From Stramenopiles sp. TOSAG23-3 (taxonomy: Eukaryota): DNA of 64,000 nucleotides. The DNA is taken from positions 1-64,000 of the forward strand of contig LT642149.1 in assembly GCA_900128585.1 (NCBI GenBank), written 5' to 3'. Numbering within the stretch: position 1 is the first letter of the stretch; each line of letters begins with the position of its first letter. The translations under genes were made by a program, and so were the position numbers. Under the pieces are notes generated by a model that worked only from the letters and a program-made list of their open reading frames with translations, was not told the DNA's origin and ran no database searches. Of this stretch, positions 22,778 through 32,478 are shown piece after piece.

Positions 22778-24373
22778 ATGGCAGAAGCTGTCAGTTCCGC
22801 CCAGGTTGAAAAAGGTGAAAATGCTCGTATGGCCTCGTTCGTAGGGGCATTGGCCATCGCCGATCTTGTCAAGACCACGTTAGGCCCCAAAGGTATGGAT
22901 AAAATTTTGCAATCGATGACCATGGGAGGGGATATCACCATTACAAACGACGGTGCGACCATTTTGAAATCGATCCACATTGACAACGCCGCTGCCAAGG
23001 TCTTGGTGGAAATCAGTAAGACGCAGGACGACGAAGTAGGAGATGGAACAACGAGCGTTGTCGTTCTTGCAGGAGAGCTGTTGCGTGAGGCACAGAGGCT
23101 CATGGACAAGCGGGTTCACCCCATGACCATCATCGACGGTTTCCGCCTTGCGGCGGACATTGGCCGCAAAGCCTTGATCGCGAGTGCCGTGGACTCTGAG
23201 GGCGACAAGACGAAGATTCGCGAGGCTATGGTAAACGTTGCCCAGACCACTCTAAGTTCCAAGATCCTTAGTTCCGACAAGAAAAGGTTCTCCAACCTTG
23301 CCGTAGACGCCGTCCTTCGCCTAGAAGGAAGCACAGACTTGGACTTGATTCAAATCATCAAGAAGCCCGGAGGTTCCCTGGTCCATTCCTACCTGGAAGA
23401 CGGTTTCCTTTTGAATAAAAAGATTGGCGTAGGACAACCGAAGAGAATCGAAAACGCAAAGATCTTGGTTGCGAACACGCCCATGGACACCGACAAGGTT
23501 AAGATCTACGGCTCCCGCGTAAGGGTTTCTTCCATGAACGACGTCGCCGCCATCGAGGCCGCCGAAAAGAAGAAGATGAAGGACAAATGCCTGAAAATCG
23601 TGAACCACGGCATCAACGTCTTCATCAACAGGCAGTTGATCTACAACTACCCCGAAAGTATTTTCGCCGAGAACAACGTTATGGCCATTGAGCACGCCGA
23701 TTTTGACGGCATTGAACGCTTAGCAGCAGTTTTGGGCGGAGAAATTTGCTCTACTTTTGACCACCCGGAACTGGTCACGTTGGGAGGATGCGAATTGATT
23801 GAAGAGATCATGGTAGGGGAAGACTCCATGATTCGGTTTAAAGGCGTCAAGGGCGGTGCGGCGTGCTCCATCGTTCTCAGAGGCCCAAGCCTACACGTCC
23901 TCGACGAGGCCGAGCGATCTTTGCACGACGCCCTCGCGGTCCTCTCCCAGATGGCCGTAAAAGGCCGCATCGTATATGGTGGTGGCTGCTCCGAGTCATT
24001 GATGGCAGCGGCCATCGACAAGGAGGTACCAAAAACCTCGGGAAAGAAGCAGCTGGCAATGGAAGCGTTCGCACGGGCCTTGCGACAGTTGCCAGCCACG
24101 ATCGCTGACAACGCCGGGTACGACTCCGCCGATATTGTCGCCAATTTGCGTGCCGCCCATGCTGCTGGAAACGTAAGGGCCGGCATTGACATTTCGGACG
24201 GAGGCATTGGTGACATGACGAAGCTCGGTATTTGCGAATCCTTTGAATTGAAGGAGCATGTACTTATGGCCGCGGCAGAGGCTGCAGAAATGATTTTGCG
24301 TGTTGACGACATTATTAAATCTGCCCCCCGTCAGCGTCAACAACAAGGAATGCCAGGCATGGGTGGAATGTAA
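22778..24373 (+). CDS. CCT2: T-complex protein 1 subunit beta
   Basis: [82 protein letters not shown]; start taken at ATG 22778. Confidence 0.97.
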   Translation: MAEAVSSAQVEKGENARMASFVGALAIADLVKTTLGPKGMDKILQSMTMGGDITITNDGATILKSIHIDNAAAKVLVEISKTQDDEVGDGTTSVVVLAGELLREAQRLMDKRVHPMTIIDGFRLAADIGRKALIASAVDSEGDKTKIREAMVNVAQTTLSSKILSSDKKRFSNLAVDAVLRLEGSTDLDLIQIIKKPGGSLVHSYLEDGFLLNKKIGVGQPKRIENAKILVANTPMDTDKVKIYGSRVRVSSMNDVAAIEAAEKKKMKDKCLKIVNHGINVFINRQLIYNYPESIFAENNVMAIEHADFDGIERLAAVLGGEICSTFDHPELVTLGGCELIEEIMVGEDSMIRFKGVKGGAACSIVLRGPSLHVLDEAERSLHDALAVLSQMAVKGRIVYGGGCSESLMAAAIDKEVPKTSGKKQLAMEAFARALRQLPATIADNAGYDSADIVANLRAAHAAGNVRAGIDISDGGIGDMTKLGICESFELKEHVLMAAAEAAEMILRVDDIIKSAPRQRQQQGMPGMGGM

Positions 24374-24604
24374 AAGGTCTTTTTTTCTTCAAACAGATGC
24401 AAGCATCTCGCGTATTTCAAATGCTCATTCATGATCATTCATTCATGTAATTTAAAATAAAAAAATAAAAAGTTTTACCCTCTCACACAATTCTTTATTA
24501 ATAAGCCTATACGTATATTATAAGTGTATTTTGTTCCTGGGGTGAATTGTTTTGAAAAATTTCACTTGAATTGGAAATTTCAAGAAGAGGTGTATGATAT
24601 GATA

Positions 24605-24703
24605 TAAGTCAAAATATAACTTTAAAACAAGAAAATTGGCTGTTATTTTAAACAAATTATATATATAGTATGTTTTAAGACTCTCATTTTAAATCAATTA
24701 CTA
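24605..24703. repeat. Dispersed repeat copy (inverted terminal motif plus block shared with 52203-52261)
   Basis: TTAAAACAAGAAAATTGGCTGTTATTTT then AAACAAATTATA..TAGTATGTTTTAAGACTCTCATTTTAAATCAATTACTA. Confidence 0.8.
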
Positions 24704-24812
24704 CTTAGTAATATCTTATTATTCTACTACGTAATAGTTTTTGTTTTTAATTCAAGAGAGACTGACAATATACGCCTTACACAAGTTTATGCCCTTGTCG
24801 CACAGCGCGCCT

Positions 24813-27800
24813 TTAGACGAACGAAACGTATTGTTTCAGGTCAAAGATTTTCATCAGTAAAAATGCAAACGTTTTCACACGCTTCGCAGAGTACAACCAA
24901 ATGTTCCTCTCGTGCTTTGCGGACCCCCAAGTCAAGGCCCCGTCCTCGTTGAGAAGATTTTCCATTTCAAACGTGTATTGGGCAAGGGTATCTAAAACCT
25001 TTCCTTTGTCACCGAACCCGAGCGTCTCTACCGAGGCCTCGACTTTGGCAACCCACTGCGACCATCTGCCTTCGGACGCGGTCACTTTCAATCTCTTTTT
25101 GTGGTTTCCTATTTCCAACAACAGTTTTTTTATTTCCTGATGCCGCAAAACCCACAGGGGCTTCAATTCTGCGCGTTTCTTCTCATCCAACTCCCAGCTT
25201 TTCGCTTCCTTGCAACCATTGAAGCCCCGAATTAACCCCGGAGTGATGTTATCCAAGCGCTGCCTCAATGCTGACTCCTTGATACCTCGCGGGTGCAAGC
25301 TTTCCTTCAGCTGCTGAAGGCAGTCTGCCGAATCGTATAGATACCACAGTCCACTGCGGTGATCCTGAACAAACAGTGCAGACATTTCCAAATCGTCCCC
25401 AAAGGTGGGTGGGAAGCAAATGTATTTATTGCCAAACTTATCTTCCCCAATGGGCTCGTCTCTGGACCGGCACGCCATCAAAGCCTTTTCATGTTCCTTG
25501 TCAAAGTCTGCCAAAGTCGGAAGTTCACTTACTTCCTCCTCCTCGGCATAACTGACCCTTTCGTTTCGGGACGCCCGCCTCGTCAGACCGCGCTGCAATC
25601 TTCTGGCGTACTCAGCATCACGGCGGTCCTGTTCCTCCTTTCTCTCTTTCTCAACGTCTCGCTTCGCATTCAGCTTTTGCTTTAGCTCCGCCCTGGCTTC
25701 CCTGTGCTTGGATTTCAACGCTTTGGCTTTGTCTAGCTGATCGTCGACATTTTCCCCGACTATTTCTAGCGATAAAAGCTCCTCTGCCAAAAAATTTAGA
25801 ACAATGCCTTTGTATTCGCTGGAAACATTCTCATATTCTACTTCTGTGAACGCTTTCATTGCCTTTCCTAAGCGCAAGTCGTAGTGGGCGTCGAAGTACG
25901 CCGGTTTTTCAGCAGCGGAGTACGAGGGAGCAGAGGACCTATTCGTGTTGATCGTTTCGCCCATGAACGATTGAGAGCCCCGATAGTTGCTTAGCTTGTT
26001 AACCACCATAGGTTCCCACGCATCCATGAACTGCTCCTTCAAAAATTTTGCGTCTTCAATAATGTAATGGGCAGGATCATGTTTCGACCAGTAAGCTATG
26101 CAGTTTTCCCACACTAGTTTGCAGTCCGCGAAAAAGCGTTGGCACGGTTTCGGTAGAGCGTTTTCGGAGTTTTCAGGGGCAGGGGCACGCGTCGAGTTTG
26201 CGGAATCATTTGTGTACACACCAGCGTCAATCTTTCCGAGCACAGTGCCAAAATCCATCGGTGTATCGACAACCTCGCTGTAACCCGCCATTCCAAGAGC
26301 TTCTGGGTCAATTTTCTCACAGAATCCTCGGGCTTGGACTTCGCTCATCACTCGCGTAATGACACGACGGCAGAGATCCATCCCATTTGGGTTTGCTGCA
26401 TCGATTTCGACCGGAAGGGGAGCACTCGAAAGGGTTAGAATCATTCTCCTTATCACCTCTTGCCAGACACCGCCCACCGATTTACTCAAGAGCGCCGTTC
26501 GCAGATCCTGCAATCGAACAATATAGTCCGGGTCTAGCTCGTCCATTTCGTCGTCTTCCATAGCTTGAATTTCGTTGATTTTTCCTTTCAAAATAGACCG
26601 GGCGAGGCGGATTTGAAGATCCGAGAGGATACTCCCTCCAAGAAACTGGGAACGTCGGAGCCAGAGCATCTCAACGCCCTCTGCAACCCCTCTGGTCAGA
26701 CCCCAAATTGACCCACACACCTGGCGCCAAGAATTGTACGAAAATACGCGCGGAAATCTTTCAGCAATTTGCAAGATCTGCACGACGGGGGCAACGATTT
26801 GCATGTCCACACCGTACAAGTCAGCCAAAATTGGCACAGGCCACTGCGGCCTCTTCACAACGGACTGAGACTCGGCATCCCCTTCTTGATCCTTCGCCTC
26901 CCCTCTTTCCTTCAAAATTCGCTCCTCGTATTTGTACAATTCCATGTCATCCATCAACGTCATCTTTTCTTTCTGCTTTCGAGCTAGTCGTTTCTTCTCC
27001 TCGAGCTGCTTTTTCCTCTCCTTCTTTCGAATGTATCTATTGTACAACGAAACACTCTTTCTCCATTCTTTCATAGCCAGCTTGAACTTGCTCGTTTGAA
27101 TTTTCTTCACGTGCGCGGGTCCCCGCTGCTTAAACCTGATCGAAAAATCTGATTTCATGAACCGGTTTTCGGGCAGCTTAATCCGGGCACTGGGTGGAAG
27201 ACCGGCCCTGACTGGCAACTCTTGCATGTCCGCTGATTCCACCTGGTCCAAAATGAATTTATGGTGCCGAAATAAATATTTCTCATCACCAAACGCCCCA
27301 ATTCGCTTCGATATTTCATCGACAATTCGAATGTACTTCAACTGTTTCGAATTCTTAAACGGGAGAAATTCTTGAAACACGGATACGATGGTGCTGGAGG
27401 CCAAAAACTTTCGGTAGAAAGACAAGAAGGTGGTCGCGTATGCCGCGCTAGGGTGCAGTCTCACTTGGTCATCCTTGTGGGCGGTAACTTGGTACACCCC
27501 GCTACTACTGGTAATGAACAAGGTGTGGTTGTCGTACTCGGAGGAGATGCGCCACCCCGTGATACCCTCAATAACAATACGCTGGCGAGCTAGGGTTGAC
27601 ACGTCAAACGGTGGTACTTTGTCTTCCTTGGCAGCAGCTGGCTCTGGACAAACTTCCATCTTTTCGCCCGCTGGCTCCGATTGTACAGTTTCCTGCCCCT
27701 TGGTCGGCTCTGGGCTGACTTCAACCTTTTCAGAGGGCGCGACATTTTCTTGCTTCATTTGCATTTCCTTCAGCTTGTCCTCCTGGTCCAGCTGTTGCAC

Positions 27801-29951
27801 CATGAAATCTTTCACTTTTTCTGCCGCTTGCTGTATATGGGCTGAATTGTGCTTCAGAAGCTTCCCAATGATTTCCCCAAGGCCACTTTTCTTTATCATC
27901 TTTTTGGTCACCCTGAGACTCAAGAAGCCGTTCAGTAACTTCAAGGCATTGCGAAGCTGCTCTTTGTCGCCCTTCTTGGCAAGTTTCCCCATTTTCTTTA
28001 AAGCCTTGCAATTCTTCTTCAAGCCGTCTAAGTCGGAGTAGACCAATGTCGCCGAAGCGCCAGCTTTCACTAGCGCTGGTGAGCGTTTTGCCGCAGCAAC
28101 GTGGGCACTGCTACTAGACGAAACGGCGGAACCCCCGCTGGCATCGTTGCCAGGAGTAGCGGCTTCTTGCATGGGAACCGTTGGTTTTGCCGGGACTTTG
28201 TCGAGCCCTTCGAAGGAGAGAGAACTTTCCTTCACACTTTCAATCATCATGGTCACGCAAAACTCGATGTCTTTGTTTTCAGCGTGGACCTCCTTCAACT
28301 TACGCATGACTGAAAGTACAGATGGGATATGTCGTTGGAAGCTTTTTCCATCCTTGTCCAGCGCACTCGTCAACTTATTTATGTAGTTCATGATGGTGTA
28401 TTGGCTTTTTTCGTCCACCTTCTTCTCATCGGCCAGTTTGTTGAGGATCTCTATTCGGTTCTCGACGGTCTTTTTCGCCTTGGGAGATTTTTTTTGAAAA
28501 AAGTTGGACAGCGTAGATTGGTTTTTCGCTGGGGTCTTCTTTCTTGACTTCTTTCGTTTTTTTAATCCACCCACTCTGTTTGTGATGAAGACATAACCCT
28601 CGCACTCTTTCACACCAGCAAGCCCCTCGATCAGCAGCTTCACGTTGACGTTGGCGAGGCCGTACATTTCTGGACCGGAGATTGCAGTTCCAGCCGCCGG
28701 AATCCCAACTTCAACGCGCTTCCGATTGACGCCTTGCAGGATGGTCAGCCAAACTTTTGAAGCAGACATCGCTTCGAACACCAAGTCTTCTTCCGCATCG
28801 GACCGTTTCGGCAGAGTTACGCGAAACAATGGGCCTTTCGGGGATTCGACGATCAAGTTCGTGTAATCCGACTTCTTGGTTGGGTCTCGGATGTCCACGT
28901 AATTGCGGGTGCTTGTGAACCCCGCAGGCCATATCGTGTCCCCCTTGTAGTACATTTGCTTATTTTCGCCTTGCGGGATCCAGCCAATAAGGAGAACAGT
29001 TGTTGCGCCAAGCCTCATGGGGACCTGGTACTGTGGGTCTTTGTGCAGCTTCAACGCTTTTGTGTACGCATCATCGCGGCTCATCGGCTCTGCTACCATT
29101 GCCGGCATCGCACGCTTTCTCTTCTTTTTCTGGCGCGGTGGTCGCACCTTTTTTTCTTTCGGCGGCTTATCCTTTTTCATAGGCAGTCCCGCAGGCCTCC
29201 TTTGCAATGCTAGTGGAATCGGCTGCACCACGGTCCCGAACACCACCACGTTCGACAAGTCCCCTGCACCAATGTTGTCTAGGCTTAGCATTTTGTAGAC
29301 TGGGCTCGAATTCTCGGTCTGCTCCTTGCGGTACAAGGCAAAGTTGTCCAGCAAGCGGCACGGGGGTATTTTCGAATCGGGCATTACTTCATGAAACTTT
29401 GCCCCTATTGCCCCTTCGCCAATCTCATCGACCAAGGTGTTCGGGTTTACTTCCTTTTGCAGTCCGTCGCCCCAACCAGCCAGGGCGGTCAGTATGGCGG
29501 TTTCTCTTTTCCCAATTTCAGAGGACAAATCAGTGGCAGGTACTAGCCGCAACTTTTCGCAGGCCGACAGCGACTCTTTGGCATCGGTTGCTATAGGACC
29601 CTCGTCCACCAAGTCGCAATCTACGCCCCCCATGATCGGCTCTGGGCCTGGTTCCGGGGGCGGGGGAAGTTCCGCCTTTTTTGGTTTAATTGTGAGCTTG
29701 ATGTTTAGTTTCTTCTTCTCTCCTTCCCCCCCCTCCTCCTCTTCTTCTTCGTCGCTATCTTCCTCGCTTTCGCTCTCCTCCTCCTCACTTTCTTCTTCGC
29801 TCTCCTCTTCACCATCTTCCTCGGACTCTTCCTCCTCGGACTCTTCCTCCTCGGACTCTTCCACCTCTTCTGACCCTTCTTCGGATTCGTACTCGGACTC
29901 TTCCTCCGATTCGTCCTCTGATTCTGACTCTTCTCGTGGCCTTTTTGGCAT
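24813..29951 (-). CDS. Multidomain chromatin protein: acidic N-terminus, RFTS-like, FYRN/FYRC, TFIIS-N-like, DDT-like, bromodomain, WHIM1-3
   Basis: IWPAGFTSTR..ISGPEMYGL (FYR); MIKKSGLGEIIGKLLKH (TFIIS-N); GYSEVVDTPMDFGTV..DCKLVWENCIAY (bromo); EPIGEDKFGNKY and WYLY..LKESLHPRGIKESAL (WHIM2/3). Confidence 0.85.
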   Translation of the reverse strand: MPKRPREESESEDESEEESEYESEEGSEEVEESEEEESEEEESEEDGEEESEEESEEEESESEEDSDEEEEEEGGEGEKKKLNIKLTIKPKKAELPPPPEPGPEPIMGGVDCDLVDEGPIATDAKESLSACEKLRLVPATDLSSEIGKRETAILTALAGWGDGLQKEVNPNTLVDEIGEGAIGAKFHEVMPDSKIPPCRLLDNFALYRKEQTENSSPVYKMLSLDNIGAGDLSNVVVFGTVVQPIPLALQRRPAGLPMKKDKPPKEKKVRPPRQKKKRKRAMPAMVAEPMSRDDAYTKALKLHKDPQYQVPMRLGATTVLLIGWIPQGENKQMYYKGDTIWPAGFTSTRNYVDIRDPTKKSDYTNLIVESPKGPLFRVTLPKRSDAEEDLVFEAMSASKVWLTILQGVNRKRVEVGIPAAGTAISGPEMYGLANVNVKLLIEGLAGVKECEGYVFITNRVGGLKKRKKSRKKTPAKNQSTLSNFFQKKSPKAKKTVENRIEILNKLADEKKVDEKSQYTIMNYINKLTSALDKDGKSFQRHIPSVLSVMRKLKEVHAENKDIEFCVTMMIESVKESSLSFEGLDKVPAKPTVPMQEAATPGNDASGGSAVSSSSSAHVAAAKRSPALVKAGASATLVYSDLDGLKKNCKALKKMGKLAKKGDKEQLRNALKLLNGFLSLRVTKKMIKKSGLGEIIGKLLKHNSAHIQQAAEKVKDFMVQQLDQEDKLKEMQMKQENVAPSEKVEVSPEPTKGQETVQSEPAGEKMEVCPEPAAAKEDKVPPFDVSTLARQRIVIEGITGWRISSEYDNHTLFITSSSGVYQVTAHKDDQVRLHPSAAYATTFLSFYRKFLASSTIVSVFQEFLPFKNSKQLKYIRIVDEISKRIGAFGDEKYLFRHHKFILDQVESADMQELPVRAGLPPSARIKLPENRFMKSDFSIRFKQRGPAHVKKIQTSKFKLAMKEWRKSVSLYNRYIRKKERKKQLEEKKRLARKQKEKMTLMDDMELYKYEERILKERGEAKDQEGDAESQSVVKRPQWPVPILADLYGVDMQIVAPVVQILQIAERFPRVFSYNSWRQVCGSIWGLTRGVAEGVEMLWLRRSQFLGGSILSDLQIRLARSILKGKINEIQAMEDDEMDELDPDYIVRLQDLRTALLSKSVGGVWQEVIRRMILTLSSAPLPVEIDAANPNGMDLCRRVITRVMSEVQARGFCEKIDPEALGMAGYSEVVDTPMDFGTVLGKIDAGVYTNDSANSTRAPAPENSENALPKPCQRFFADCKLVWENCIAYWSKHDPAHYIIEDAKFLKEQFMDAWEPMVVNKLSNYRGSQSFMGETINTNRSSAPSYSAAEKPAYFDAHYDLRLGKAMKAFTEVEYENVSSEYKGIVLNFLAEELLSLEIVGENVDDQLDKAKALKSKHREARAELKQKLNAKRDVEKERKEEQDRRDAEYARRLQRGLTRRASRNERVSYAEEEEVSELPTLADFDKEHEKALMACRSRDEPIGEDKFGNKYICFPPTFGDDLEMSALFVQDHRSGLWYLYDSADCLQQLKESLHPRGIKESALRQRLDNITPGLIRGFNGCKEAKSWELDEKKRAELKPLWVLRHQEIKKLLLEIGNHKKRLKVTASEGRWSQWVAKVEASVETLGFGDKGKVLDTLAQYTFEMENLLNEDGALTWGSAKHERNIWLYSAKRVKTFAFLLMKIFDLKQYVSFV

Positions 29952-30299
29952 CTTACCTCTTCGCTAGTGTTCTTTAATCCACCCGGGAACGCCAGACACT
30001 CGTTTCTTCAACTTTCAATCGTTCACAAACTTTTGTTGATATCTTTTTTCTTTTAAAACAATCACTTTTTTCCAATAAATAATCAATACTTATTCTGAAC
30101 AACTCACCGTTTCTACTTTTGTTTTTATTTATTTCATACGAGCGTGCTAAATATACAATTAACTATCTTAGACTATGCGCGTATAAATTATAGAGACGAA
30201 TACAAACACAGTAGACGACGACAATAATTAATTAGAATAATAATAATTGCTTCTTTCTTCTTCTCTTCTTTTTTTTTTTTGTATTCAACAAACAACAAA

Positions 30300-30487
30300 C
30301 AAAACAAAATCAAAACAAAAAAAAACAAAAAGAAGGAAGAAGAAGAAAGAAGAAAGGAAGAAAGAAAAAAAGAAAAAAAGAAAAAAAGAAAAAAAGAAAA
30401 AAAGAAAAAAAGAAAAAAAGAAAGAAAGAAAGAAGAAAGAAAGGAAGAAAGGAAGATAGGAAGATAGGAAGAAAGGAAGAAAAAAAG
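30300..30487. repeat. A/G-rich low-complexity tract
   Basis: (AAAAAAAG)n and GGAAGAAA units. Confidence 0.85.
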
Positions 30488-30792
30488 ATACCTGCTGTCG
30501 GACCACTGTCACTCACTCACTGATGAACTGACCACACTGCCTCATATTATAAATAATACACTGGCACGCCATCACCACCAGTCCGTATTCGTAATAAACG
30601 AAGTTTATTAACACAGACCTGTGTGTTATTATAAATGTATAATAAAACGCACAAAGAGGGAGGAGCAATGAAAATCAATTTTTGGCTTTTTTTATTATTC
30701 CATTATTACAGTGGAACAGCTAGAACAATAAATTTGGTGAATAATAATTGGTTCTTTTGGCGCGGGAACAAATCAATTTTAAAAAACCCTAT

Positions 30793-30797
30793 AAGAA

Positions 30798-30869
<72 letters not shown>

Positions 30870-30880
30870 AAAAGAAAGAA
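30793..30880. repeat. (AAAG)n microsatellite
   Basis: Direct tetranucleotide run. Confidence 0.95.
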
Positions 30881-30893
30881 GGTTCGTATGGTG

Positions 30894-30936
30894 GGTACCT
30901 GGTATTATACCAGGTACAGGTATAATACCAGGTACC
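30894..30936. promoter_or_regulatory. Perfect 18-bp inverted repeat with 7-nt loop in a divergent spacer
   Basis: GGTACCTGGTATTATACC-AGGTACA-GGTATAATACCAGGTACC; regulatory role inferred from position only. Confidence 0.5.
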
Positions 30937-31165
30937 TGTTGTTCAGGTTTGTTTTACCGGTACGGTATACGGTACCTGGGGAGGATGCTCGATGAAGAAG
31001 AATGACCACCTTCTTCTTCAACAACAAACAAACGAAGTGGTGGTTGTAGCTACAGTTCGCTATATAAAATTTGTATCGACTTAATATGTAACGTAAGGGA
31101 TCAACAAAGAAAGATATTGTTTTAACAACAATTGCTTGAAAGTCAAGTTCGAAGTCAAGCCTTGC

Positions 31166-31196
<31 letters not shown>

Positions 31197-31221
31197 TCGT
31201 AATCGAACCAACGCTGGTATC

Positions 31222-32397
31222 ATGGCTGTCCCGCAGTACGTTGAGCGTAATTTCAGGCTGTATGACGTGTGCCCACGGGTAAACGACATTGTGCGCGATA
31301 AAAACGTTGTGGCAGGTGGTGGTATTGCTGTTAGACGATGTTATTTTTGTGGGGCTATAGGGCATATGGCCTACGAATGTTTTGCTTTTACTGGGAAGAC
31401 TAGGGACGCATTCGTCAAGGAACCTTATAAGTACGGAAAGTTTGGAGAGTGTGGTAAGTGTACTAGCGGCAAGAAATACTCAGACTGCTGTGGAAAGACA
31501 GATGCGGCCCTGGTCCCACCACCTAGAGGTTTCCCAAGGGGGATTCCAAGAGGGGGCCCAAGGGGGATTCCAAGAGGGGGGGCAAGGGGGATTCCAAGAG
31601 GGGGGCCACGGGGCATTCCAAGGGGCGCCCCTCCCCCTCCCAGTCTTCCACCACCACTTCCAGCCGGTGGTTTACAGAAGAAGAAAGTGCTCTCGGAAAA
31701 ACAAAAGAAACGGGCCGCCGAAAAACTAGCGAAAGAGGAACAGCAACGTAAACGGAGGGCCTCGGCAGCATCGGACAACAGCATCGTTGATGAAGACGCT
31801 ATAAAGCAAGCCTTGGGTCGCGAAAAAGTACAGTATGAATTTGTCGTTTGCACAAGGACTGGGGACAAAATCAGGAAGGACCAATGGGAGTCGTACTCCA
31901 ATTCTCTGTCCACCGAAATTAAGCCGTATCTTTTTCTTGGCGGAGAACGGAACGCTGGTAACCACAAGGAGCTAGGATACAGAACCAACTGCGGGTTTGT
32001 TTTAAACTTAGCTTGGGAAGTTGCAAATTTTTTCCCAGGCGAATTTGAGTATTTGAAGATGTTCTTGTCGGATTTCAGCGATAACGCCACGGACCTGTAC
32101 GCACAGCTGGACCAAGCCATAGCATTTGTGGACAGGGCCCGTGCTTCGAACTCTGCCATTCTCGTTCACTGCGTGCAGGGAATATCTAGATCGTCGACAA
32201 TTGTTATCGCTTATCTGATGAAGCGCGAGAATATGACGTTAAAGGATGCGTACGCCCACGTGAAGAACTTAAGACCACTTATTCGACCGAATAAGGGGTT
32301 TCTCACAGCCCTGATAAAATTGGACGAAAAGTTACACGGCTCTTCTAGCATTGTGTTGGAGGAATATTTCCCACCAGACGAAGTTTTTGCCGTGTAA
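31222..32397 (+). CDS. Dual-specificity phosphatase with N-terminal CCHC knuckle, SEC-C-like motif and PRGG repeats
   Basis: CYFCGAIGHMAYEC; CGKCTSGKKYSDCCG; PRGIPRGG repeats; EIKPYLFLG, ILVHCVQGISRSSTIVIAYLM, IRPNKGF; first ATG at 31222. Confidence 0.9.
   Translation: MAVPQYVERNFRLYDVCPRVNDIVRDKNVVAGGGIAVRRCYFCGAIGHMAYECFAFTGKTRDAFVKEPYKYGKFGECGKCTSGKKYSDCCGKTDAALVPPPRGFPRGIPRGGPRGIPRGGARGIPRGGPRGIPRGAPPPPSLPPPLPAGGLQKKKVLSEKQKKRAAEKLAKEEQQRKRRASAASDNSIVDEDAIKQALGREKVQYEFVVCTRTGDKIRKDQWESYSNSLSTEIKPYLFLGGERNAGNHKELGYRTNCGFVLNLAWEVANFFPGEFEYLKMFLSDFSDNATDLYAQLDQAIAFVDRARASNSAILVHCVQGISRSSTIVIAYLMKRENMTLKDAYAHVKNLRPLIRPNKGFLTALIKLDEKLHGSSSIVLEEYFPPDEVFAV
31520..31627 (+). repeat. 24-bp coding tandem repeat (PRGIPRGG)
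   Basis: CCAAGGGGGATTCCAAGAGGGGGN-type units, about 4 copies. Confidence 0.85.
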
Positions 32398-32478
32398 TAT
32401 GGGTATATATATCTAATACTTAAAATGAACAATCAAAGACTTCAAAGCTTTTTAAAAACAAATTTAAGCTTTTTAATA

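Noticed and set aside
30247-31005. Poly-Lys/Glu/Phe ORFs (also 49686, 53407-54360)
   Set aside because: Translations of A/G microsatellites that lack stop codons
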